DNA from: Octopus vulgaris
Taxonomy: Eukaryota
Assembly (NCBI GenBank): GCA_951406725.2
Contig: OX597816.1
Location: forward strand, 58,652,001 to 58,716,000
Direction of reading: 5' to 3'
Length of the DNA: 64,000 bases
The notes below the pieces were generated by a model. It made no database searches and had not been told where the DNA came from. It saw only the letters and a program-made list of their open reading frames with translations. The position numbers were made by a program, and so were the translations under genes. Shown here piece by piece: positions 53,875 to 64,000 of this stretch. Within the stretch, counting starts at the first letter, position 1. Every line of letters begins with the position of its first letter.

Positions 53875-56800
53875 TTACATTGATAGGGTTTTTCTAAGGA
53901 TGTGGGCAGTACTTGTTAGCACAATCTTTTGGATTTCCTTGAGACATGGTTTTCCAGGGATATTGTCTAGGTGTTTCTGACATCCCTTTTTTATCATACC
54001 TAGGGCACCTACAATAACAGGAACAGTTTTTGTTTTAAGATTCCACATCCTCTGTATTTCGATTTCCAGGTCCTTATATTTACTAAGTTTGTCAAATTCC
54101 TTGACAGATACATTTTTATCAGTGGGGACGCTTACTTCTATTAGTCTGCAGGTATTTTCTTCCCTGTCTTTAACAATTATGTCTGGTCGATTAGCCTTGA
54201 TCCTTCTGTCAGTGTTGACTGGAAAATCCCAGAGGATGGTGACATCTTTACCTTCAACAACTGGCTGAGGATGGTGTTCATACCAGTTAGCAGGAGTGTC
54301 GGATTTGTAGTGTTTACATATCTTCCAATGTATATACTGTCCTACCCTATCGTGGCGATTTTTGTATTCGTTTGGTGTCAGCACAGGACATCCCGAAACG
54401 AGATGGTCTATCGTTTCGTCAAATGTGTCGCAGAATCTGCATTTAGGGTCAGTACCGTTTCGGAGAACGTTAGCCTGGTAATTTCTGGTAAACAAGCTTT
54501 GATCTTGTGCTGCCATTATGAAACCTTCAGTCTCTGCTTTCAATCCAGAGCTCTTCAGCCACTGATGGGTTGTTGCTTGGTCTACATCAGCATTTTGGCT
54601 TCGGAGAATATATTGTCCATGCAGGGGCTTCTGGCTCCACCGCCTCTCAATTTGATTCTGCCCGTTCTTTTTTGCAGTCTGCTTGATTCGCTTTGCTTGC
54701 TTGGTAGCAGTGGTTTCCGGCTCTTCATCTGATTCAAGGTTAATGTCTAGTTCCCTTTCGAACTTATAAGCTTCCTTGACAATAGAATGCAGCTTTTTGT
54801 TGCTTTCGTGTTCGCACACAAGTCGCAGCATCCAGTCCTTTGTACTAGATAGGTACCTGTTCATTCCTACAGTAGAGGTCTTATAGCACAGCTCTAATTG
54901 CATCATTCCTCTCCCCCCGCTGCTTCTAGGTAGGTACAAGCGGTCTACATCTGCCTTAGGGTGGTGCATGCTCTTGGATGTCAGTAACTTTCTTGTCTTC
55001 CTGTCTAAGCGTTGGAGTTCCGTAAGGTTCCAGTTAATGATATTAAAACTGTACTGGACTACTGGAAGTGCCAGGGTGTTAATGGCCTCGATGCAATTTT
55101 TGGAGTTGAGTTCAGTCTTCAGTACAAGCCTTATTCTCCTATAGTATTCCTTTCTTATTTTTTCCTTCATAGTAGCATGATGTATACCATCTCCTTCGTT
55201 GATTCCTAGGTATTTGTAACTTTCCTGTGGGTCAAGTTCCTTGATGGTAGTGTCAATATCTAATTTAACAGAAGCTGTTTGCCTGAGCTTGCCTCTTACA
55301 AAAGTTGCTTTAGCACACTTATCAAGGCCAAAATCCATTCCGATATCATTGCTAAACTCTTTAACAGTTGTTAGCAGCCCTTCTAGCTCTTGGTCATTCC
55401 TGGCAAACAGCTTTAGGTCGTCCATATAGAAAAGATGGTTTATTAATTTACTAAAAACTTTGTACCCATATCTGGTACTATCCAATTCGTTTGAGAGTGG
55501 GATCAGTGCCATGCAAAAAAGTAATGGAGAGAGGGAGTCACCTTGAAAGATGCCTCGTTTGATGTTGATGCTGTTGGACTGGCTCATCCCATTACTATGG
55601 CTTAGAAAGAGACGTGTGTTCCACATGGTCATGCTATTCTCTAAGAATTTTGAGACGACAGGAGAGATCTTGTATATCTCAAGGGCCTTGAGTATCCATT
55701 TATGTGGGACACTGTCATACGCTTTCCTGTAGTCTATCCATGCCATACTCAGGTTTTTGTTTTTGCTCCGGCAATTCTCTACAATCATTCTGTTTATGAG
55801 CAATTGGTCTTTGCACCCATAAGAGTTTCTTTTACAACCCTTTTGAGCTTGTGGAAGGATAGAATTTTGTTCAAGGAAAGCGTACATTCTCTCCGTTATT
55901 ATGGATGTGAGGATTTTGTAGGTGGTGTTGAGACATGTTATTGGCCGGTAATTCTTTGGGTTTTTTGTGTCTTCGGTTTTAGGTAATAGGTAGGTGGTTC
56001 CTTCAGTCAGCCAAGCAGGTATTTGCTCTGGGTTCTGAATGACATCAGACAGAGATGCAGCGAGATGTTCGTGTACCTCTGTCAAACAATTCAGCCAGAA
56101 GTTAGGGATCCGATCCAGTCCTGGGGTTTTCCATTTATGAGCCTTCCTAAGGACACACCTTAGCTCCTCTATTCCTATTGCTTCCCATTTCTGTTCTTCA
56201 AGTTCATCCAGTCTCTCTTTCTCACGTTCTATCCAGTCAGCCTCAGCATTAAACTCTTTTTCGTTGCTCCATACCTTCTTCCAGAACTCCTCCACTTCCT
56301 CAGTCTTAGGTGGATCTTCTATGTGTATTTTATTTTTGCCAATTTCCCTATAAAATTTCTTTGCATCTGTCTTAAAAAATTTATTTTGTCGATAAAATTT
56401 GTTTCTTTTGTCATACCTTCTAAGCCGTTGAGCTTTCAACTGTATCCGTTGTTTCAACAGTTCCTTAGTTGCAGGGAGGTTTATAAGATCTTTGATTTTA
56501 TATTTTTGCTTGATTTTTCTAGCTTTTCTCGGCTTAATATTCACTCCTCTAGCAAGCTCATCGAGAACTGAAACATCCGCCCGCAGAGATTCAATCTCTT
56601 TTTGTATCGCTACTTTCCACTTAGGAGGTTCATTGACATGCCTGGCCTTTTTCTTTGTCATCTTAATACCTAGTTGGGTAGTTACTACTTTAGCAGTGGA
56701 ATAAATGAGATTATTTAAGGTTGTCAAATCATTCCCCTTATTTCTTAAGATCTGTCCTAGGGCAACGTTATATGTCATGATTGTGTTGTTATTTCTTGTG

Positions 56801-56979
56801 CCATTTGAAAACTTTGGTAGTGGTTCTCTATTAACCATGTCAGTGAGCTCAATCTTGCCGAGTTCTCTCATAATGTCCACTTTTGCTTCCATAATCTTTT
56901 CTCTATTATTCACCTCAAATTCTATGTCATATCTATTTTGGTTTTCTTGAGGAAGGTCTACGTTCTCCTCTTTTTTCAA
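53875..56979 (-). CDS. Retrotransposon protein: RT, CCHC zinc knuckle and restriction-like endonuclease (1034 aa; frame open upstream to ~57054)
   Basis: WKTPGLDRI, NYRPITCL, AWIDYRKAYDSVPH, RGIFQGDSLSPLLF, HLFYMDDLKL, YKYLG, CRFCDTFDETIDHLVSGC, RHD, RPDII, IEVSVP, KLSKYKDL. Confidence 0.95.
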   Translation of the reverse strand: MKKEENVDLPQENQNRYDIEFEVNNREKIMEAKVDIMRELGKIELTDMVNREPLPKFSNGTRNNNTIMTYNVALGQILRNKGNDLTTLNNLIYSTAKVVTTQLGIKMTKKKARHVNEPPKWKVAIQKEIESLRADVSVLDELARGVNIKPRKARKIKQKYKIKDLINLPATKELLKQRIQLKAQRLRRYDKRNKFYRQNKFFKTDAKKFYREIGKNKIHIEDPPKTEEVEEFWKKVWSNEKEFNAEADWIEREKERLDELEEQKWEAIGIEELRCVLRKAHKWKTPGLDRIPNFWLNCLTEVHEHLAASLSDVIQNPEQIPAWLTEGTTYLLPKTEDTKNPKNYRPITCLNTTYKILTSIITERMYAFLEQNSILPQAQKGCKRNSYGCKDQLLINRMIVENCRSKNKNLSMAWIDYRKAYDSVPHKWILKALEIYKISPVVSKFLENSMTMWNTRLFLSHSNGMSQSNSINIKRGIFQGDSLSPLLFCMALIPLSNELDSTRYGYKVFSKLINHLFYMDDLKLFARNDQELEGLLTTVKEFSNDIGMDFGLDKCAKATFVRGKLRQTASVKLDIDTTIKELDPQESYKYLGINEGDGIHHATMKEKIRKEYYRRIRLVLKTELNSKNCIEAINTLALPVVQYSFNIINWNLTELQRLDRKTRKLLTSKSMHHPKADVDRLYLPRSSGGRGMMQLELCYKTSTVGMNRYLSSTKDWMLRLVCEHESNKKLHSIVKEAYKFERELDINLESDEEPETTATKQAKRIKQTAKKNGQNQIERRWSQKPLHGQYILRSQNADVDQATTHQWLKSSGLKAETEGFIMAAQDQSLFTRNYQANVLRNGTDPKCRFCDTFDETIDHLVSGCPVLTPNEYKNRHDRVGQYIHWKICKHYKSDTPANWYEHHPQPVVEGKDVTILWDFPVNTDRRIKANRPDIIVKDREENTCRLIEVSVPTDKNVSVKEFDKLSKYKDLEIEIQRMWNLKTKTVPVIVGALGMIKKGCQKHLDNIPGKPCLKEIQKIVLTSTAHILRKTLSM

Positions 56980-56993
56980 ATCTCTCGTCTTCG

Positions 56994-57779
56994 CTATTCT
57001 TTGTTTAACTTCCCCATTGGGAAGTTGATTTGCCGCTTGTACACTGGCTTCTGGCTACTGTTACCTATTTCGTCTACATTGTTGCTGTTTTCTTTTGGTC
57101 TACCATGAGCTATCAGTGTCCTAATTTTGTCAATTTCAGCGTCAGTTAGTCTTTTGTTTTTAATTATATCTCTGCGTACATTACTTAATTTATTTGCGTC
57201 TATATATCTACGTACGTCATTGCCTACTGAATTTCTCCATGAGATGTATGTTTGTACACTGAGGTTATTATTTGGGTTTAGTTGGGCTGTATAAAAAGCT
57301 TTCAACACATCTCTATAGTCCTCTCTGGTCCATTTTATACGTTTTGCTTTAGGTGGTGTTTTTGGTGGTGTCACTACAAGTCCAGAGTTAGAAGTATTCT
57401 GGTTCTGGTCACCTGGTAGATCGTCTTTTTGAGAGTTTGTTCCAGCAGCAAACTTTTCGACCCCAGTCTGGTTCCCTACTGGGTAACGCGGTCCTTGTTG
57501 TCCCGGGCGATGACCGATCCGGCATGATTTTTGGCTTGTTTTCATTAAATGATTGACGGCGACATCAGAGGGGTCCATTTTTTCAGAGTCAACTTTTTGA
57601 CAAGACGCCGCCTCTGTGACGGTGTCGTTAGAAGAAGGGAGTGTTTGTACAGGGTCAATTTTTTGACAAGACACCGCTTCTGAATTCTCCGAATTAATAT
57701 ATTGTTCATATCGAACTCGCATAAGACTTACAGATCGAAATTCGCCTCTATTTCTTTTGGTAGTCATGTTTCCGGGCAT
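56994..57779 (-). CDS. N-terminal part of the R4/Dong protein (Myb-like DNA-binding region)
   Basis: KRIKWTREDYRDVLKAFY...SWRN...KLSNVRRDIIKNKRLTDAEIDKIR resembles R4-clade N-termini; overlaps the RT frame by ~60 nt. Confidence 0.8.
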   Translation of the reverse strand: MPGNMTTKRNRGEFRSVSLMRVRYEQYINSENSEAVSCQKIDPVQTLPSSNDTVTEAASCQKVDSEKMDPSDVAVNHLMKTSQKSCRIGHRPGQQGPRYPVGNQTGVEKFAAGTNSQKDDLPGDQNQNTSNSGLVVTPPKTPPKAKRIKWTREDYRDVLKAFYTAQLNPNNNLSVQTYISWRNSVGNDVRRYIDANKLSNVRRDIIKNKRLTDAEIDKIRTLIAHGRPKENSNNVDEIGNSSQKPVYKRQINFPMGKLNKE

Positions 57780-58330
57780 AACTGTTCAGTGACTTTCTAA
57801 ATTCAGTGACCAATTTGCTCTTTTTTGCGTTTGTTCGTGAAAAATCGCTTTGTTTTTGTTTTGTTTTCGTCCGCGTAACGTGGTTTTTCTTTCTGTGTGT
57901 ACGTGTGAGCGCGTGTAAGCATTATTTATGCTTTATAATTAAAATGTGTACATGTATGCACAAACAGTTGCATGTATACTTTACAATTAAAATGTCTACG
58001 TGTATGCATAAACAGTTGCATGTACACTTATTTAATTAATTAATTAATTAATCAATTTATGTACTTACTGTCTTTCAAGAGCTCTGATATTCGCTTCTAT
58101 TTCTTATGCATGTCACATGGAATTATTATGCATAAAAGAAAGAAAACCATACTATATATGGCAATAATAGTTCGGACTTTTTAGTTACTTTGCTTTAAAA
58201 GAAAGTTTGGAAAAGATATTTTGTGGAACCTTTCTTCCATTGCAACGATGTTGTTGGATTAAATTCGTTTTTTGGAGAGAGGCTCCCAGGGAACATCCAT
58301 GTTGTTATTCAGCCCGGAGCTCTTCTTCTT

Positions 58331-58407
<77 letters not shown>

Positions 58408-58425
58408 CATTATTATTATTATTAT

Positions 58426-58938
58426 TCAGTAGTTTTATTTTTATAGCGTGCTTTCACTTCACTACCGAGCGCAGCTCTGTGTGCCTTGGGTAAGTGTTGT
58501 GGTGCTCTGATGGTTACTGTATTGAAAGTGTTCTGCGTAGGATGTGTGCAGTGCCTAGTAGTGCAATTTTCTGTATGTTATATGTGTTTGTAAGTCCTGG
58601 TGTTTTTGTTATGTATTTGTCTGAATATTTTTTTATCATGCCTAATGCACCTACTATTATAGGAATTGTTTCTGTTTTTAAATTCCACATTCTGGTTACT
58701 TCTATTTCCAGGTCTTTGTATTTTGAGAGTTTCCCCATTTCTTTTAGAGACACGTTGTCATCTGCCGGTATTGATACATCAATTAGAAAGCATTTTTTTC
58801 TTCATGATCTCTGACAACTATATCTGGCCTGTTGGCCTTTAATTTCTCTATCTGTGTGTATCGGCATATCCCAGAGTATGGTTGCTTTCTCGTTTTCTGT
58901 GACCTTTTCTGGTGTGTGTCTATACCATCTTTTTTCTG

Positions 58939-58940
<2 letters not shown>
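58426..58940 (-). pseudogene. 5'-truncated R4/Dong-like element (subfamily B)
   Basis: KLSKYKDLEIEVTRMW...LLGTAHILRRTLSIQ; nearly the same as 24733-25240; (TAA)n on both sides. Confidence 0.92.
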
Positions 58941-58999
<59 letters not shown>

Positions 59000-59052
59000 C
59001 ATTTCTCAGTAGACATGTGTATGTGTGTGCGCGCGTGCGTGTCTCTGCGTAT

Positions 59053-59111
<59 letters not shown>

Positions 59112-59313
59112 GGTGTGTGTATGCGAGTGCGTGTAAATATATAGATAAATTCTGTCAGATAACTCCGCGCTAAGTCTACGAAAATGGCTCAATAGAGCTC
59201 AACAAAGGCTAGAGCAATGTATCTAAAACATATAACGATATATACATAATTGATAGCATGTTCATAAAGACACAAGCATGGAACGGCACATCTAAGAATG
59301 AATGGGTTTAGAC

Positions 59314-59615
59314 CAGCGGTTCCCAAACTTTTTCGGGCTTGACATCAAGGCCGCATTTCTAGCGTCCGCACCCCAACTAACCATCACAAGCATAGACCTC
59401 TTTCTGAAGCAAATTCAAAACAACTGTATTGCACAAATAAAACTTAACCTAATGCACCCATTGTCGCTAACCCATTATCACCCAACTTTTTAGATGAATC
59501 GTTACCCCATTATTGCTCCACTTTTCTTCGAATATTGCTCCACTTTTCTTCAACGCCCCCTTCGAAATTTCCACTGTCCCCAAGGGGGCAATATCGCCCA
59601 CTTTGGAAACCACTG
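59314..59615. mobile_element. hAT (Charlie-type) MITE, 302 bp
   Basis: TIRs cagcggttcccaaa / tttggaaaccactg; exact 8-bp TSD gtttagac at 59306-59313 and 59616-59623. Confidence 0.9.
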
Positions 59616-60769
59616 GTTTAGACTCTCTTCAAGTCTAAACCCCTTCGTCCTTAAATAATTTCTATGTTAGAAAGCTCCAAATGACACCAGCAAGCTTACA
59701 GACACCGGTGTTTTTCATGTGACAGTCTCCACTTTCGTCATTTGGAGCAAACCGAGACTTCTACCTCTATACAAACTTCCTAGGGCATAATTGTGTTCTT
59801 GTTTTCTCTGTATATGTTCAAGTATTTCATACAGGTTAACTGCTTTCCTGATGACATCTATTGAGGCAAAAACATATGTTAATGGATGTCTTTTGTATCT
59901 AGACAATCAGACTGTCATTTACTTAATGCTATGTAAATTATGAAAAAAAATACTTGATAACTGAGACGATCTCTCCTTCTCATTTGGAGTTTGTGGCAAC
60001 TGACACCAAGTGATGGATTGCTCTACCTTCTCTGGAGGCAGAGACAATGTTTAATTAAAATGAAGAGTTTATTTTCTATGGTATTAAATCATTTACACGC
60101 CCCCCACACACACACATTATTTATTTAATGTCATCTCGGTAATAACCTCATAACGTGAATTTCGAAGCGCCTATACAGTTATCGGCTACCATATGCCAAT
60201 ATGCAGCAGGATTACTCCTTTTACAGGATATATACGCGGAAGGTTATTTGTGTACGTAATGCACAGAAATAATTGTAATGATTTGTGATTAAATCATGTT
60301 CACTCCATGACCTAGAAGCTGACACACTTAAACAAACGCACCTAAATACAAAGGTTTAAAATCTGAACTTTAGCTTTCATAAATCTCCCATTATAATTGA
60401 AATAAAACAAACAACTACACCTAGTAACGCTCTTACTGACCAGCAAACCTCTTCCACCTACATACATTCTTTGGAGGACTCCGAGAAAACAGCCTCGTTA
60501 CCTGAATCTGACACACCTAAATAGACACACATGGCTACAAACATCTACATCCATGAATAAATGCTCAACAGTAACACAAAGCCCAAATTTTATCAATAGA
60601 AATACTCCATAACACTTCATCACAACCTACCCTACAACTTAATTATCATTCAAAAGAACTCCACCTACCCCAGAAAAACCATGGGTTTACAATATAGAAT
60701 TGTGATGAACCGTAACCTCTGACCTTATCATAAGAATACTTGGAGTTCATCACTAATCTAAACAATTGC

Positions 60770-61043
60770 TGTGTGCCGTGCATGTGTTTGTGTACTGACA
60801 TCGCTCCTTTACTCATGTGAGATATGAACCCTTTACAAACGTCATGTAAGGATCGTTGAACGCTTTCATCAGAGATGTCTCAGACACATTCTGAATATTG
60901 GATGGACCTTAAAAACTCTAGATACACTAGTTCTGAGTGAAGATGATATCTTGAGTATTGAGGCAATTGTGAACCGCACCGATTACATTGGACTGGACAG
61001 CTTATTAGATGAATGATAGCAGAATCCCTAAGCAGCTGCTATA
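60770..61043 (+). pseudogene. RTE-clade LINE ORF2 fragment
   Basis: LLYSCEI.TLYKRHVRIVERFHQRCLRHILNIGW, then RLHWTGQL and DSRIPKQLLY; ends in (TA)n. Confidence 0.8.
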
Positions 61044-61398
61044 TATATATATATACATAATGAATTAATAAATAAAACATATGCATATATACATACATAT
61101 ATGTACGTACCTACCTCTACATGTATATATACATGCATATATGGGTACAGGAAAACGCCGAACACAATGAGAAACGAAAACATAAACACAAAACCAGGGA
61201 ACTGGACATTTTTTTAAAACAACGTAAAAATAGAGTACAGGACAAATAACACAAGGAAAATTCCCCTTCTTCAGTCGCCATGGTTTCATCTACTCTGCGT
61301 TTCGAAGGTGAAGGCGATACGCATCTTCGATAGAAACTTTCCTTCCCGCGAAAAGCAAATTAAATAAAATTATATATATATATGTATATATATATATG

Positions 61399-61429
<31 letters not shown>

Positions 61430-61955
61430 TTAAACACACACACACACACACACAAATACATGCTCCAAATGTATTCGTTTGTTTTGCGTCAGTCTGTGAT
61501 GTTGAGTATTTGCGTGGGTTCAGAAAAGAAAGTAAGAATCAAAGTTTCATGTTAATGTTTAGCTCCTTCTCCCTCTTCGTCGTCGTCCTCCTCCTCATCT
61601 TCATCATCGTCGTCGTCATCATAATCATCATCATCATCATCATCATTGTCGTCATAATCGCGTTGCCGTCAATGTCTTCGTCGTCGTCATTATTCTTCAT
61701 CTACAACCACTCCCATTCTCTCTCTCCCCTCCCCTCTCTATCCCCCCCTCTCTCTCTCCCTCTCTCTTTTCCTCTCTTCATCACTCACACTTTCTTCTAT
61801 TCTCCTCAAATTGTTGCCGATTTAGTGTATCCCGATCAGAAAACAAAAATTATAAAATAAACAATTGCATAAAAATATAAAAAATATAAAAAATAGATCA
61901 TCAAATTGGAAGATAGGAGGAAGGAGAGAGAAAAGAGAGAGATAGAGACAGAGAC

Positions 61956-61987
<32 letters not shown>

Positions 61988-62194
61988 TTGGAGATAGAGA
62001 GAAAGGAAGAACCATTCAAAGAATGGCCATAAGAGTGAGGTCAGATATAATCTGGCATTTTTACAAGACATTTCCATCATCGCCAACGGCAGCACAACAC
62101 AAGATTTACACATAAACAAGAGACGAGGCTAAAATTAGCTTTCTTTTTCTATTAGAAGTTCTTAATACAACAGTATAGATTCTAGAGGAGAAAG

Positions 62195-62228
<34 letters not shown>

Positions 62229-62531
62229 AAAGAGAAAGCATGAGAGAGAGAGAAACTTTGGTATTTCTGTGCAAACAGATCTGACGGTGAATATATGAAA
62301 CGGTGGTGAGTGGTGGGGAGTAGCAATACACACAAACACACACCTACATTTATATACATCATATATACACCTATCTGCCTGTGTGTGTGTATGTGTATGT
62401 GTGTAGCTGTTTGTGGGTGATGTGTTTGCTTCTTGTATTTTTTGCGTTACACGCTTGGGGATACAATGTGCATATATCCGTTGTCATATGTATGCGTGTG
62501 TGTGTATACATACATATATACATACATACAT

Positions 62532-62585
<54 letters not shown>

Positions 62586-63056
62586 GTATATATATTTATA
62601 TATATACACACACACACATATATGTATATATATATAGAGAGAGAGGGGTGCAAATAAACATACATGTTATCTGTACGCGTGTGTGAGTATACATACATAT
62701 ATATATATATGTATATATGTATATATATATATATTTACGCTTGTGTATGTGTGTGTGTTTCTAAGTGTATGCATGTATGTAGGAAGATATAAAAACATGC
62801 CCACTTACATACGTATGTATGTATGTATGTATGTATCTATCTATCTATCTATACATATATATATATATATACATACATACATACATACATACACACATAC
62901 ATACATACATACATACATACACACATACATACATACATATATATATAGAGAGAGAGGTGCAAACAAACACGCATGTCATACGTTTGTGTTTGTATGTGCG
63001 AATAGATTGAAGAGGCGTGCATACATACATTCATACGCACACATACACACATACGT

Positions 63057-63122
<66 letters not shown>

Positions 63123-63599
63123 TATACATATATACATATATATATGTACATGTGTGTGTGTTATATTATATATATATATATATAAATACACACACTTACA
63201 GATGTATGCGTTCGTGTATATAAATGCATACATACATACATGCATACATGCATGCATACATACATACATACATATATACATACAAGCGCATATGTACATA
63301 TAACCACGTTTTAAGAATATACACATAACATCAAATGCACGGAACAATCCGCTTTTGTACGTATGTATATTTGTGGTTGTGTACGTATGTATGTGCATGC
63401 ATATATATATGTGTGTGTGTGTATGTGTGCGCGTGTGTATGTATGTGCGCGTGTGTGCGTATGTGTGTGCGTGATTTCCATGGTTCTGCCTGCGTTGACG
63501 TATGCCTATCTGTTTACACAGAAGACAATGGTTTTCGTTAAATACACAATAAATAGACCCGAGTGGCGGGTGGGAGTCTCGATCAGAATTAGACAAGTG

Positions 63600-63710
63600 G
63601 CGGGTGTGATATAAGGGAGTTGAGATACCTAAAACTGGGGTAGATTGTTTGTGGAGACGGATATCTCGCGTCAGTTAAAATGTTATACGGCGCCATCTTG
63701 GACGGCTTTT
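63600..63710 (+). promoter_or_regulatory. Possible core promoter (Inr-like and YY1 motifs)
   Basis: TCAGTT at 63671 and CGCCATCTTG at 63691 in CpG-containing unique sequence; motif-only evidence. Confidence 0.25.
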
Positions 63711-64000
63711 TTTTTTTATAGTAGAAACTAATAAAACCTTTTCTTATGTTATTGTCACCATTGTTAGCGAGTATTGTTCCTGCAGTTGCTGTTGTTGTTT
63801 CTATTGCTTGCTAGTATTATTGTTGTGGTTGTTGTTGATGTAGGGGATATTGGTTTGCTGTGCCTCTGTAAGCAGTTTGTTGGGATTGAAAGGGCGCGAA
63901 TGACTCTCCCACCCAGTACTGTTGTTTTTGTTGTAGTTGCTGTTGTTGCTGCTGCTGTTGTTGTTGTTGTTGTTATTGTTGTTGTTGTGATGGTGGTGGT

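Larger units (their letters stand above)
53720..58321 (-). mobile_element. Near full-length R4/Dong-clade non-LTR retrotransposon (~4.6 kb)
   Basis: Two overlapping reading frames encode Myb-like, RT, CCHC and REL domains; the 3' end runs into (TAA)n; the putative 5' end abuts (AAG)n/(TAA)n (5' boundary inferred). Confidence 0.88.

Noticed and set aside
54271-56950. Plus-strand ORFs within the Dong element
   Set aside because: Antisense shadows of the RT ORF with no recognisable motifs.

Overview
This is a gene-poor, AT-rich, microsatellite-saturated eukaryotic window. The SINE families and repeat landscape point to an Octopus (cephalopod) genome, an inference from recognising OK/OR-type SINEs. 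I found no host protein-coding exon that I can support; nearly all listed ORFs are translations of microsatellites. The main coding feature is a near full-length R4/Dong-clade non-LTR retrotransposon (minus strand, ~53.7-58.3 kb; Myb-like N-terminus, RT, CCHC finger, restriction-like endonuclease) split by one -1 frame change. It lies in a head-to-tail chain of other Dong-like copies joined by (TAA)n. Also present: further truncated R4/Dong pieces, including a set embedded in (CATA)n; a Penelope-like RT fragment; HERO-, Tx1/L1- and RTE-like fragments; two mariner relics; a hAT MITE with an 8-bp TSD; three or more tRNA-derived SINE families; an unclassified ~555-bp (TAA)n-embedded element; and 198-bp and 118-bp tandem arrays. 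The most striking signal lies between 30 and 52 kb: about ten minimal type-I hammerhead ribozyme motifs with palindromic stem III. They sit in short, mostly (TA)n-bounded modules, many of which fold back as long inverted repeats or near-perfect palindromes, around the Penelope RT remnant. A second notable signal is an old inverted duplication (32.2-32.5 kb vs 37.3-37.8 kb) whose CRE/homeobox-motif core is much better conserved than its flanks. All coordinates and alignments were read by eye and edges may be off by a few bases.
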